A stretch of DNA of 64,000 bases from Candidatus Marinacidobacterales bacterium (GCA_965224085.1 CBDCYI010000005.1:1-64000), one strand, 5' to 3'. Counted from the stretch's first letter, positions 9,606 to 20,460 are shown. Made by a program: numbers and translations. Notes: generated by a model not told the origin, from the letters alone.

Positions 9606-11223
9606 TCAAGGCGCGGCGCGTGTGTGCTCTTCGACGAGCCTCGCGCTCACCCGATCGCCCTCGAGCCGATACTCGCAATCTCCCACGACGCACGTTGGTC
9701 CGTTCGAAAAATCCAGCTTTCGGCCGTCGCGGCTCATCCATCCCACGATCCGTCCGGGATTTCCGACCACAAGCGCGTGATCCGGGACGTCGCGAGTGAC
9801 GACGGCACCGGCACCGATGAAGGCGTACCGTCCAATGGTGTGACCGCAGAGGATGGTCGCGTTCGCACCAATAGACGCGCCGTGTCGAACGAGCGTCCGC
9901 ACATAATGCTCGTTCCCCCGCTGAGGGTACTCACAGCGGGGGTTCTGAACATTCGTGAAAACCATCGAGGGACCGCAGAACACGTAGTCCTCCAGCTCGA
10001 CGCCCCCGTAGATCGAAACGTTGTTTTGAATCTTGCAATGGTCGCTGATCCGGACATTCGTTCCCACGTTGACATTCTGGCCAAGACTACAATGAGAGCC
10101 GATCGTCGAGCCCGATTGGAGGTGCGCAAAGTGCCAAACCTTCGTGCCGATACCGAGCGATACTCCCTCGTCCACGACGGCAGTCGGGTGCACGAATGCA
10201 CCTTCGTGTCGTTCCGGCCGCGGCGTCCCGGAGCCGAGGTCGAGGGAACGCTGCGCTTTCTCTAGCGTCTCGAGCACGGCGATTGCGCTCGCGATATCGG
10301 CCCGTGGCAGAGCACCCGTGGCCGCGCACTCTAGGAAGTGCTGCTGCTCTGCAGTAAGGGGCTCTTCGGGTTCGAAGTCGATAGCGCTGGCTCCTTCGTC
10401 GCGCGAGATTGGCTCTCCTCGGATCCGATCGATGCCCTTGGTGTGCAGAAGGAGCTTGTTGTCCGTATCGGTGTCCTCGAAGACGATCATGTTCTTATCT
10501 CCGATGACCACGAGACGGTGCTCCTTGAAGGGGTGTAGCCAGGAGACGTGGATGTGCGCATGGATGTTCCCCGGGTATGTCAAGTGGGTTATCGTGACAT
10601 CGTGGGTGCCCGGTTGCAGAAAAACGCTGCCGTGGGCTCGCACGTCGATTGGGTCGGCGCCGATGAGATACCGAAGGACGGAGACGTCGTGAGGCGCAAA
10701 AGACCAGAGGATATTTTCCTCTTTTCGGACGGAGCCAAGATTGAGGCGGTTGCTGTAGACGTATTGGAGGCCCCCCCAAGGAGCCTTCTTCGATCATTTG
10801 CCGGATCTTCACGATGGCCGGATGAAACAAAAGGAGGTGCCCCGGCATCAGAACCCGCTTCATTTTTCTCGACAAGTGGGCTAGCTCTCTCGCCTGCTCG
10901 GAGAAAAGCGAAAGTGGTTTTTCGACGAGGACGTGTTTCCCAGCCTCGAGGGCCTTTTGCGCGAGCGCGTAGTGCGTTTCAGCCGGAGTGGCGATGATCA
11001 CCGCGGAAACGGTTGCGTCGCCAAGCACATCCAAGATGTCGGTAGTGAATCGCGACGTCAGTGCCGCATCCGGAAGCGCCTTCGCGCGTCCTTCATCGAT
11101 GTCACAAATCCAGCGTAGACGCTCACCGTACCGCTCGGATGCCACCCGGACGTGGTTCCTCCCCCAGCGGCCGCAGCCGATCACGGCAAGATTCAACTCG
11201 GCCCCTTCGGGCTTCGTGTTCAT
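9606..11223 (-). CDS. Gfo/Idh/MocA oxidoreductase fused to hexapeptide N-acetyltransferase (WbpB-WbpD-like), frameshift in C7 run at 10771-10777
   Basis: IGCGRWG, VEKPL, then after the shift [21 protein letters not shown]-terminal [29 protein letters not shown]. Confidence 0.85.
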
Positions 11224-11539
11224 TGAGCGCCAAGGATAGAGTATCGCGGCCGCACGAGCAAATCGCTACGAAGGAGAGCATGTCGCAAACGACCGGCCTC
11301 ATGACTCGAAATCTCCGTGACTCTCCACCACGAGCGAGACGCGCGTCCCGACGAGGTCTGTAGAGGATATTGGAACAATCCGAATCCTAGAAGCCATCAG
11401 GCTGATCTTGCCTTCTCGATCTCCAAGAAGTGGGTTGGTAAGAAACCCCCGTTCGAACGTCCACGACTTGAAGCGCACGGATCTTGTGATAGCCTTCCGT
11501 GGTACGCATCGTGGCTGTCACGCTGGTGTTCAACGCATT

Positions 11540-13472
11540 GTGAGCAAGATTTCCATCATCGTATGCGCTCTCCTTCTTCTGCTCTTTGCGCCCGTCTACT
11601 TCGCAGCATACCAGGCACAGAAGACGCGAAGCTTCAACATCGGGTCGTGGGACAAGCGCTATCTCGGAAATCCTGAAGCCTTTTCCGCTAGATTGGAGAT
11701 GACTGGCCCGTTCCGACACGAGGACGGCTCCGTCGACGTCATCGGTTTCGACGGGAGGCTGTCCGGGAGGACGGCTACACTAACTCCCCTTCCACGCGAT
11801 TCGTTCGCCTTTGAGAATCTGGATTCGAAGTCACCGTTTCGGTCTCGGCGGAACCGTACGAATGAGCGTCAACGACGTTCTTGTCGATGATTTCGTCTTT
11901 GCCGAAAGTTCCTATCCATGGGCAGGCATCCGCGCGGTCATCCCACAAACGGTGGCGGAGCGCGGTGCCCTCGACATCGATCTCGTCACTTCGGGGGGCA
12001 GGTCACCTCCGAGTCATTTGCGCTCGGACATCGGTCTGGGCATTGATTGGGTCGAGGTCGATCCCATGTCGCGCGGGGCGATGTTGTTGCCAACTGCCTA
12101 CGAGTGGGTGGTGTCCTATGTCTTTCTGGTCCTGGGAGCGATCTCCTTTCGCCTCTTCGGCGTCTCCACCAGAGTGTCTTTCCTCGTCCTCGGAGTTCTG
12201 ATTCTCGCCCTTGCAGCATTTACCGCACTGCGGCCAGTGGAAATCCATATCGTCTTGGCCTGGCTTTCGTTGATCTTTCCTGTAGGTCTCGTGTTGCAGC
12301 GCGGGGTTCTCTTCGCCTGCTCGCGAAACAGGCGCGTCCTCTTTCCTGTCATCGCTACCACCGGGAGCGCGCTCGTGGCCCTGACGGCGGCGGAGTTGTT
12401 TCTGAGAAGCTACGAGGCCTGGCAGCAGGAGCAGCAACGGTTGCCTCCAGAGAAGCTATCGCTTATGGAGCCCAACCCCGAAGGGACCGGCTCCTATCGA
12501 CTCAAACCGAATCTCGATCTCGTGACGAGCGTTGCGGGCTCCGAGGTGAAGATTCACACCAACACCCAGGGCATGCCTTGGCGAGAAGTATCGGTCGAGC
12601 CCTCCGGGAAAAGGCGCATTGCCTTCTTCGGAGACTCGTTTACGTTTGGAAGTTGGGCGGACTCCGTCGAGAGGAGTTTCGTCGGCATATTCGAGGAAAG
12701 CCTTTCCTCGGACGCTTGGGAGGTGCTGAACTTCGGAGTAGGTGGATACGGCTTCGCCGATGTTGAGCTGCTCCTCTCAGAGAAAGGTATCGATTTCGAG
12801 CCGAGCTTCGTCGTCCTCGTCATGTTCAATGGCAATGACTTCCGAGACACTTACCTCGGTCTCCGGAAGGAGCTTCTCGTTGACGGTACCGCCGTCCTCG
12901 ATGAGCAGAACCTGAGAGAGAGAGTTCCGGAGCGGTTCGTGAACGCGCCTCACACAGTGGCGCGTCCGAGTCCCGAGATGTCCATCCTGAAGGGATGGCT
13001 TCGCCGTCTCGCCGTGTTCCGGTTCGTCGCGCCCTTTTTGAGGATGGAGAACCTGGCGGTGGATTTCGCGGCGAGCGGCCGCTTCGTCTCCTACTCTTTC
13101 TGGTCTCAGTTCCCCTATCCCGAGGTTGCGGTCCGGGCCAAGGATGTCACTCTAGAGACGCTGACGAGAATCGAAGAGCTGGCCCGCGTGAACGGTGCCA
13201 GCCTGATGGTCGTCGCCCTTCCGACGCGCGACCAGGTCTATAGTCGGCGTATTTCCGGGGACCACTACGATATCGATTTACCGCAGGCGTATGTTCGTCT
13301 TTTCGCCCGAGAGCGGAACATTCCGTTCCTCGACCTGCTCCCGCCGCTGAGAGCCTACGTAGCCGAGACGAACAAGAATCTCTTTGTGCGGGGCGATACC
13401 CATTTGAACAACAACGGACACCTTCTTGTCGGACGATACCTTGCCGACTGGTTCGACTGCTGCGTAAACTGA
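11540..13472 (+). CDS. Membrane protein with SGNH/GDSL hydrolase domain, frameshift at about 11785
   Basis: Hydrophobic N-terminus from GTG 11540. Blocks FGDSFTFG, NFGVGGYG, NGND, DTHLNNNGH. Confidence 0.75.
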
Positions 13473-13527
13473 GACCGGACGTTCGATGGGCGGGAACAGC
13501 TTCGTACAATCGAACCAGTGACTTGAC

Positions 13528-14712
13528 GTGCGAATTCGCTATTTCTCGGACATCCGATTTCCACTTGAGCGAGCCAATGGCGTACAAACGATGGAAACGT
13601 GTCACGCTCTCGCCGCGCGTGGGCACCAAGTCTTGCTGGGCGTGCGTTCGGATACCGCACGACCCTCACGGGACCCGCTCAACTTTTACGGGTTAAAAGC
13701 TCTTTCAACCCTGACCATTGACCGTCTACGTGTTGTCGGTCCACCGGCAGTCCGTCGGGCCCTCTATTTCGCGTTCGCTGTCGAACGTTCGGTATGCCAT
13801 CGGTCCGATGTAATTCTGACTCGTGATCTTGGCGTCGCTTCCGTACTTTTGGACCTGCCGCGGTGGTTGCGTCCACCCATTGTGTTTGAGTCTCACGGAT
13901 TTGCTCCGGTGTTTGCCGAGACGAAGGACGAACTCGTGTCTGGGGGGCGCCGTGCAAGGCAGACCCAAAAGGACCGTCTTTTTAGGCGTGAAGAGCGAGT
14001 ATGGAAGCTTGCGGATGGTTATGTGACCACGACACGAACTCTCGCCAGTGAGCTCGAGACGCGTTTTGGTCGGAGAGATGACGTTATGACTATCCCGAAC
14101 GGTGTTCGACTTTCGTCAAACAGGCGATTTACACCACCGAGTTGGGTTGAGTCGCCGGTCGTCCTGTACGCGGGACATCTGTATCCATGGAAGGGCGTCG
14201 AGGTTTTACTCCGTGCCGTCACCCGTTTACCAAAGGTTCGAACAATTATTGTCGGTGGCCATCCTGAAGAGGGGGACCGTCTCCGACTGCAGGATTTAGC
14301 ACGGTCTCTTGGCATTAGTGATCGGGTGGACTTTGTTGGGATGATTTCGGTGGCTGATGTACAGACGAGGTTAGGGACTGCTGACGTGTTGGTCCTTCCG
14401 ACAACGTCGACTGAATCTGCAGATCGCTATACTTCACCCCTCAAACTATTTGAGTATCTTGCCGCAGGAAAGCCAATTGTCGCGTCTGACTTACAGGCCA
14501 CGGGTGAAGTTCTTGAGGATGGGCGTAATGCAGTTCTTGTGACTCCGTCAGATGCAGACGCGCTCGCTGACGGAATAAATCGTGTTGTCGATGACCTTTC
14601 GTTGGCAACTCGAATTGCTGAAAAATCTTTCCAGGACGCTAATGGCTTTGCGTGGGAGCACCGAGCCGAACGGTTAGAGCATCTATTGAAAGCCGTTCAA
14701 CGATCCAATTAA
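13528..14712 (+). CDS. Glycosyltransferase family 4
   Basis: YAGHLYPWKGV, SPLKLFEYLAAGKPIVASD. Confidence 0.92.
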   Translation: MRIRYFSDIRFPLERANGVQTMETCHALAARGHQVLLGVRSDTARPSRDPLNFYGLKALSTLTIDRLRVVGPPAVRRALYFAFAVERSVCHRSDVILTRDLGVASVLLDLPRWLRPPIVFESHGFAPVFAETKDELVSGGRRARQTQKDRLFRREERVWKLADGYVTTTRTLASELETRFGRRDDVMTIPNGVRLSSNRRFTPPSWVESPVVLYAGHLYPWKGVEVLLRAVTRLPKVRTIIVGGHPEEGDRLRLQDLARSLGISDRVDFVGMISVADVQTRLGTADVLVLPTTSTESADRYTSPLKLFEYLAAGKPIVASDLQATGEVLEDGRNAVLVTPSDADALADGINRVVDDLSLATRIAEKSFQDANGFAWEHRAERLEHLLKAVQRSN

Positions 14713-14850
14713 AGTCTCGAGAGCCGGTTTCAAGGCCGGCCAGAGCAGAACCGTAAACAGGGTGATGAAGATGATCGCGATGAGGGCGATGATGAGGATG
14801 TACTCGATGGTTATAGCACCTCTCTCGTCGCGCGCCTTCACCGCCAGCAC
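14683..14850 (-). CDS. flp: Flp/Fap type IVb pilin-like protein (55 aa, not in the ORF track)
   Basis: Manual translation MLAVKARDERG|AITIEYILIIALIAIIFITLFTVLLWPALKPALETLIGSLNGFQ. Has a G|xxxxEY prepilin motif and a hydrophobic helix. Confidence 0.75.
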   Translation of the reverse strand: MLAVKARDERGAITIEYILIIALIAIIFITLFTVLLWPALKPALETLIGSLNGFQ

Positions 14851-15019
14851 CTTGACGCGCGTCTTTGCGCTACACGAATCCGCCTCGTACCGGAATCCCT
14901 ACTTGCAGGTGGGAGGTTCAACATCGGATTTGTCGTCTCTATATCGAGATGGCGCTTCCGCGTCGGTGGCGGTGGAGCCGAAAGTTTGACAACATACTTT
15001 GGAAGAGAGGTCTGACAGG

Positions 15020-15349
15020 ATGACTGACGGACGAGAGGACAGCGAGGATATTCTACGTTTCCTCGCCTCGAACGTGGAAGGCATACGCGACAAGGTCGGC
15101 GGGGTCGAGAACCACTTAAGCGGAATAGAGACTCGGATTGGGCGTGTTGAAGACCACATGGCGACGAAGGAAGACGTGACGGCCATCCGCGGGGATATCG
15201 AGCGCGTCGACTTGCGGATCGGAAATATCGACCGCACCCTTTTGACGCGCATGGATCAAGTGGACGGCGCGATCAGCCGGTTACGGAGTGCTGTGTATCT
15301 ACTTGCCAAGGATCGTCCAGAGATCCTCCGGGTCCTCGGCGAGGAATGA
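15020..15349 (+). CDS. Coiled-coil hypothetical protein
   Basis: Heptad pattern with a MATKED motif. Purine-rich RBS upstream. Confidence 0.65.
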   Translation: MTDGREDSEDILRFLASNVEGIRDKVGGVENHLSGIETRIGRVEDHMATKEDVTAIRGDIERVDLRIGNIDRTLLTRMDQVDGAISRLRSAVYLLAKDRPEILRVLGEE

Positions 15350-15397
15350 GGAAAAACTTCTGACTTGTCTTCCGTAGGTAGCCGTAGCTGCTACAGC

Positions 15398-15880
15398 CTA
15401 TCGATTGAGGGGATGAAAGCCGCCGGTGACGCCGTCGACGAGCAGCGTGTAAGCCTCGGCGCAATCGACGATCCAAAACGTTTTATAGACGAGTCGCTGG
15501 TCCAGGACTTCCATCTTCGGCGTGACGAGCGCCTTGCGGCGGTTCTTCACGACGTAGGACGCGTAGCGCTCGGCAAGCCGTAGCCCTTCGGCCACGTCGA
15601 GGCGCGGCGCGACGACCTCAGCCTCATCCGCTTCGACCGGCTCGAGCTCGAACGGATCGGAGGTCGAGCTCACCTGGGTGCGCGCATCCACGAGACATTC
15701 GACCCGAAGAGCACTCTTCCCGAGCCAGGTGCCCACCTCGTAGCGCAGCTGTAGCCAGAAATAGGGGTAGAACAGGCGACGACGGGCTAGCGGGCTCAAC
15801 GCGCGCGATGCCGTCCGGATGACACATTCACACGCCTCCGCTGAAAAATCTCCCCTTATTGTCAAAAGCTCGGTCTTCAC
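15398..15880 (-). CDS. Hypothetical protein coupled to the symporter
   Basis: 160-aa ORF overlapping the symporter stop (GTGA). Confidence 0.7.
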   Translation of the reverse strand: MKTELLTIRGDFSAEACECVIRTASRALSPLARRRLFYPYFWLQLRYEVGTWLGKSALRVECLVDARTQVSSTSDPFELEPVEADEAEVVAPRLDVAEGLRLAERYASYVVKNRRKALVTPKMEVLDQRLVYKTFWIVDCAEAYTLLVDGVTGGFHPLNR

Positions 15881-17448
15881 GGCAGGTCACCGTCTTTGAG
15901 GAGCGACTCGATCTCCTCCGCCTCGGGCCGGAGGGCGAAGTCCGCTCTCGCCATCATCTCTCTCGGGACCGGTCCGAGCCTCGTCGTCTCCTCCATCGCC
16001 GCGAGCACGTGGGCGGGAACGGGAGAGGAGCTCTGGGTGGCGAGACTCACGACGACGATCGCGATGCTCGAGACAAAGAGGCCGACGGTCACAGGCGCCA
16101 AGGTCGTCGGCCCCGCGAGCCCCGCCAGCTCCCATGTGATGGAGACGACCGTACCGCTCACCATCGACGCGATGGCGCCGGGGGTATTGGCTTTTTTCCA
16201 CCACACGGCGCAGATGAAAGCCGGTGCGAAGGCGCTTCCGAGAATAGAAGTCGCGAAGATGACGACGAAAGCCACGGCGGGCGGCTCCAGAAGCGCCACG
16301 ACGTAGCCGATGACGCCGATGGCGAGCACGAGGACACGCGACACCCAGACCATCTGCTGCTCCGATGCCTTCGGGTCGATGAAGCGCTCGTAGAGATCCC
16401 GCGACGCGATCGAACCGGTCTGCAACAGCAAAGAATCCGCCGTGGACATGATCGCCGCCATGATCGCCGCCATCACGATTCCCGTTACGGCGGCCGGGAG
16501 AAGGGTGTCCGCCACTTGAAAGATGGCGAGCTCGGGGTCGTCTAGTTTGGGCAGGATCAAAATCGCCAGGAGGCCCACGATGTAAGGGGCCGAGACGAAC
16601 AGCAAGTTCCAGAGCGTGGCGTAGGTGCCGGCGAGTCGCGCGGTCGTAGGCCGTTTCATCGCCATGTGCCGGGTCACGACATGCGGCCAACCCACATAAC
16701 CGGCGGAGAAGACGAGCACCGCGCCCGCGACAACGCCCCATTGACCTTGGAAAGCCAGATCGCGGCCCCAAATCGAGAGCAGCGTCGGGTCGATCTCCGC
16801 GAGCGCGAGATTGGCGGCGGTAAAGCCGCCCACATGGATGAGCGCCGCTGCGAGAATCCAAACGACCCCGACCAACATCACGACGCTTTGAAAAAAGTCC
16901 GTGTAAGCGACCGCGAGATAACCGCCGAGAAACGTGTAAGTAATGATGATAGCGAGAGCGATGAGAAGCGCCCAGGCATAGGGAAGCCCGGTTACGAGCT
17001 CCATCCCCTTTCCCCCCGCGATGAACTGGGCAAGCACATAGAACGCCAGCACGAAAACAGAGACACTCGCCGCGATGAGGCGCGTCGCGGACGATGGGTA
17101 CCGGGCCTCGAGATATTCGATCGCGGTAAGCGAGCCCGTGATCTGCGACAGCTTGCGCATCCGGCGTCCGATGATGGAGAGGTTGAGAACCCCCCCACCA
17201 ATATCCCCGGCCGCGAACCAAAGCGACCAATAGCCGGTGGTATAGGCTAGAGAGCCGGCGCCCAAGAACATGTAGCCGCTCATCGACGTGCTCTGAAGCG
17301 TGAGCGCCGTGACGAGCGGTCCGACCTCACGGCCACCCAGGAGGTAGCCCTCGAGACCCTCACCCGCCCCGCGCCTCATGGCCCAAAACCCGATGCCTAG
17401 GACCACGAGGTAGTAGAGAACGAGAAATGCAAGAACCGTCGCGTTCAC
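15877..17448 (-). CDS. putP: Sodium:solute (proline-type) symporter, SSS family
   Basis: YLLGGR, SMSGYMFLG, YTFLGGYLAVAYTDFFQ, AAIMSTADSLLL. Many TM helices. Confidence 0.85.
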   Translation of the reverse strand: MNATVLAFLVLYYLVVLGIGFWAMRRGAGEGLEGYLLGGREVGPLVTALTLQSTSMSGYMFLGAGSLAYTTGYWSLWFAAGDIGGGVLNLSIIGRRMRKLSQITGSLTAIEYLEARYPSSATRLIAASVSVFVLAFYVLAQFIAGGKGMELVTGLPYAWALLIALAIIITYTFLGGYLAVAYTDFFQSVVMLVGVVWILAAALIHVGGFTAANLALAEIDPTLLSIWGRDLAFQGQWGVVAGAVLVFSAGYVGWPHVVTRHMAMKRPTTARLAGTYATLWNLLFVSAPYIVGLLAILILPKLDDPELAIFQVADTLLPAAVTGIVMAAIMAAIMSTADSLLLQTGSIASRDLYERFIDPKASEQQMVWVSRVLVLAIGVIGYVVALLEPPAVAFVVIFATSILGSAFAPAFICAVWWKKANTPGAIASMVSGTVVSITWELAGLAGPTTLAPVTVGLFVSSIAIVVVSLATQSSSPVPAHVLAAMEETTRLGPVPREMMARADFALRPEAEEIESLLKDGDLP

Positions 17449-17570
17449 CGAGACTCCCCTTCCTCGCGGCCCCAATCTCGGGTCACGAGCAGAAAGCCCA
17501 CGGTATAGAGAATCCAAATGAGAGGAAATCCGAAGACGAGAAGCGTGGTACTCCAAGGCAAGCCGAACAT
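17445..17570 (-). CDS. Small membrane protein (41 aa), putative symporter accessory subunit
   Basis: MFGLPWSTTLLVFGFPLIWILYTVGFLLVTRDWGREEGESR, with GAGGGA RBS and GTGA overlap with the symporter start. Confidence 0.75.
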   Translation of the reverse strand: MFGLPWSTTLLVFGFPLIWILYTVGFLLVTRDWGREEGESR

Positions 17571-17613
17571 CTTTGTCCCTCGTGGCGCGACATTATACGG
17601 GGGAAACCTCCAG

Positions 17614-18012
17614 ATGCGTCCGTCTGTTCGAAAGCAAGGATTCCCGCTCCATCACGGGGTTACCAAGAGCCTATCGCTTCGTGTCAAACCTGGCGCCCAG
17701 CCACCTTTTGACCACCGCTGCGGTCCGGAAAACGTGATCGGTCGCTCCGAGGCAGCCGACGTGTCCATCCCCTCGCACCGGTTCATCTCGAAAGAGCACG
17801 CCCGCGTGTTCGAGGCGAACAGCGACTGGTTCGTCGAAGACTTGGACTCGACCAACGAGACCCTCTTGAACGGCCAGGCCGTCGCCAAGCCGACGCAATT
17901 ATTCCGGGGTGACGTCATCCAGCTCTCGAACTGCGCTATCGAAGTTGGCGCGCCACTCAGCTCGGATGGGCTCGTTACCTTTCGCGCGCTGCAAAACAAG
18001 AGCGATCAATAG
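17614..18012 (+). CDS. FHA domain protein (start uncertain, possibly truncated)
   Basis: IGRS, ISKEHA, VEDLDSTNET. Confidence 0.75.
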   Translation: MRPSVRKQGFPLHHGVTKSLSLRVKPGAQPPFDHRCGPENVIGRSEAADVSIPSHRFISKEHARVFEANSDWFVEDLDSTNETLLNGQAVAKPTQLFRGDVIQLSNCAIEVGAPLSSDGLVTFRALQNKSDQ

Positions 18013-18272
18013 TAAGAAAAGCGCAAAGCTGCGCGCTGGCGTGGCGCTATTTTTTTTTCGGCCTTGGCGCGGCCACTCGTGCTGTGGGCGATTACTACGG
18101 CGCCGACGGTTAGGGTGGCGAAGGTCGAGATTGCCTCGACCGCGGCGCTGGCGTCTTCCCAGAGAACGAGGCCGTCTCTTGCCATCGCGATCGCGACGCC
18201 GGCCAATAACAAGTAGATCGTCGCCACAGCGAGGATCAGGACACAGCCACTAACGAGATCTTCATCATTCAC
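18006..18272 (-). CDS. Small membrane hypothetical protein
   Basis: 88 aa with two hydrophobic segments. Confidence 0.45.
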   Translation of the reverse strand: MNDEDLVSGCVLILAVATIYLLLAGVAIAMARDGLVLWEDASAAVEAISTFATLTVGAVVIAHSTSGRAKAEKKIAPRQRAALRFSYY

Positions 18273-18383
18273 GGTATCACCTTCGATGCGTGTACAGACT
18301 CCCCGCGCCCAAATCTGGGCTCGAGTCGTGTGGAGGGTTGTGTGAGCGGTCGTGAAAGCCGCTTTTGTAGGTCGTTACTCATG

Positions 18384-19622
18384 TTAGGAAGCGGAGCGGG
18401 ATCTGTCAAGAGGTGCGGAAAGTTTGTTCTCGCGGGGCAGGAATATCGCGAACAGAAAGGTGGCGAGGGCAACGCAAGCGAGCAACACATAGATGAGCGA
18501 CGGCTCCTCGGTTCGTCTCGTGGTGTAGGCGACGAGCCCGACTGCGAGGGGCGCGGCACCGAAGCTAAGCGCAAACTTCAAACCGAAGGCTAGGCCATGA
18601 TGCTTCTCCGGTGTGTAGCGCGCGAGAAGAAGGTTCTCGGCGGGTAGAGCGCTCGCGCCGGCCATCACCATCGTCGTCACGACAAGCAAGAGCGGGAGGC
18701 CCCCGAGCCTAGAAGCGAGCCACAGGGTCGGGATCTGAATCGCAATCGATCCGATATAGACCGGTTTCAGCGGAAGCCGATCGGCGAGGTGACCGCCAAG
18801 CACCTGCATGAGCCCCGCCACCCCATAGACGATCGCCACAAGAAGCCCGACACCTAGAGCACCCTCTCCCGCGAGCCCGTCGCTCTGGAGCTCGAAGAGC
18901 TTCGGGAGCGACGTCTGGGTGCTGTGGAAAATGAGCCCGCCCGTGAACATCGTGACAAGAAGAATAGCGAAGGCCCGGCGCGAGTCGGAAACAGAAACCG
19001 GCTTTTTGGCGCTCGAGCGTGGCGTGCTTTCTCCGAGGCCGCCCGCTACCCAAAAGGCGAAGAGAACCACGCCCGTCGAGACACATAGGATCCCGGGGAC
19101 GACGAACGCGGCTCGCCAGCCGGAGAGCTCGATGAGCGCCCCCGCCGCAAGCCCCGCAAGGGCGGAGCCGAGCGCGCCAAAGACCCCGTTGATGCCGAGC
19201 AATTTCCCGCGGCTCGTCGAAGCGCTCCTAACGAGCCATGGGATGCCCACCGGATGATAGATCGCTGCGAAGAGCCCGATACCCGCAAGGGCTACGAACA
19301 GGCCGGGCGGAGACGGCGCGGAGCCCGCGGCAATGGAGGCGCCACCCATGCCAACGAAGAACAAAACCATCATCGCGCTCGCTCCTATCCGGTCGCTCAA
19401 AAGCCCCGCCGGGACTGCCGCCACACCGACAAGAAGCGATCCGAGCGTCCACAGCTCGAGGAGCGCGGGATAAGGAAGTTGCCAGTCCTCCTCGATCGTC
19501 AACACGATGACGAAATAGAACGCCGTACAAAGGTGGACGTAGAGATGTCCGAGGCACGAAAAGACAACCGGGAGGAGTTTTGACTGCGTCGCCTCCGAAG
19601 CTTCCGAGGGAAAACACACCAT
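18384..19622 (-). CDS. MFS transporter
   Basis: About 12 TM segments, GLLSDRIG and GHLADRLP motifs, AAIYHPVG. Confidence 0.9.
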   Translation of the reverse strand: MVCFPSEASEATQSKLLPVVFSCLGHLYVHLCTAFYFVIVLTIEEDWQLPYPALLELWTLGSLLVGVAAVPAGLLSDRIGASAMMVLFFVGMGGASIAAGSAPSPPGLFVALAGIGLFAAIYHPVGIPWLVRSASTSRGKLLGINGVFGALGSALAGLAAGALIELSGWRAAFVVPGILCVSTGVVLFAFWVAGGLGESTPRSSAKKPVSVSDSRRAFAILLVTMFTGGLIFHSTQTSLPKLFELQSDGLAGEGALGVGLLVAIVYGVAGLMQVLGGHLADRLPLKPVYIGSIAIQIPTLWLASRLGGLPLLLVVTTMVMAGASALPAENLLLARYTPEKHHGLAFGLKFALSFGAAPLAVGLVAYTTRRTEEPSLIYVLLACVALATFLFAIFLPRENKLSAPLDRSRSAS

Positions 19623-19630
19623 GGACGCAT

Positions 19631-19638
19631 AGTATAAT
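19631..19638. promoter_or_regulatory. Overlapping back-to-back -10 elements (putative bidirectional promoter)
   Basis: AGTATAAT gives TATAAT (+) 7 nt before the ccmC GTG and TATACT (-) 8 nt before the MFS ATG. Confidence 0.55.
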
Positions 19639-19645
19639 CGGAGCC

Positions 19646-20329
19646 GTGCTCAAGGCCGTTTCGAAACCTATCGCGATCCTCTGTTTTCTGACGATGTGCG
19701 CCTCGCTCTATGCCATATTCATCTATGCGCCTACCGAGCGCACGATGGGTGACGTGCAACGTATCTTCTATTTCCACGTCTCGGCTTGGTGGATCGCAGG
19801 CCTCGCGCTCACCGTTACGTTCGTGAGCGCCGTTTTCTATCTCTGGAAAAAGGATCGACGTTTCGACGCCGTCGCCCTCGCCTCGACCGAGATCGGCGTC
19901 TTGTTTATGACCATCGGGATCACGATGGGACCCATCTGGGCGAAGCCGATCTGGGGGATCTATTGGACCTGGGATCCGCGGCTCACCTCGGCACTCATCT
20001 GCTGGCTGATGTATTTCGCAATCCTCATGCTCCGCCGCTACGTTCCCGAAGAGACGAAGCGCGCTAATCTGGCTTCCGTCACCAGCATCATCGCCTACGT
20101 AAACGTGCCTTTCGTCTTCATGGCGATCCGGCTCTTCCGCACGCAACACCCGCAGCCCGTCATCGGAGGGGGCGACGATTCGGGGCTCGCGCCCGCGATG
20201 ACGCACGCTTTTCTCGTAACGCTTCTGGCGTTCACCTTTCTCTATCTCTGGCTCATGGAAAAGCGCCTTGCGGTCGAGGCGACCTCCGGCGAGGTAGACC
20301 ACCTCCACAAGGAGCTCGAGCTCGCATGA
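19646..20329 (+). CDS. ccmC: Heme exporter protein C (cytochrome c biogenesis)
   Basis: RIFYFHV, WWD domain GPIWAKPIWGIYWTWDPRLT, RTQHP. Confidence 0.92.
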   Translation: MLKAVSKPIAILCFLTMCASLYAIFIYAPTERTMGDVQRIFYFHVSAWWIAGLALTVTFVSAVFYLWKKDRRFDAVALASTEIGVLFMTIGITMGPIWAKPIWGIYWTWDPRLTSALICWLMYFAILMLRRYVPEETKRANLASVTSIIAYVNVPFVFMAIRLFRTQHPQPVIGGGDDSGLAPAMTHAFLVTLLAFTFLYLWLMEKRLAVEATSGEVDHLHKELELA

Positions 20330-20460
20330 GTTATCTCTTCGCGGCCTATACCGTCACCTGGGTCCTTCTCTTCGCCTATATCTGCGCTCTCGGGGGCAAA
20401 CAAAAAAAACTCGACGAAGAGCTGACGACGCTCAGGAAATTGATTGAGCAAAGAAAATAG
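20326..20460 (+). CDS. ccmD: CcmD family protein (44 aa, not in the ORF track)
   Basis: MSYLFAAYTVTWVLLFAYICALGGKQKKLDEELTTLRKLIEQRK, ATGA overlap with ccmC. Confidence 0.85.
   Translation: MSYLFAAYTVTWVLLFAYICALGGKQKKLDEELTTLRKLIEQRK

Noticed and set aside
18016-18058. Possible intrinsic terminator (GC stem + T9)
   Set aside because: Imperfect stem with a long loop, inside a candidate minus-strand ORF.
19646-20460. Isolated ccmCD as a novel system
   Set aside because: Split ccm loci are common. The other genes probably lie elsewhere.
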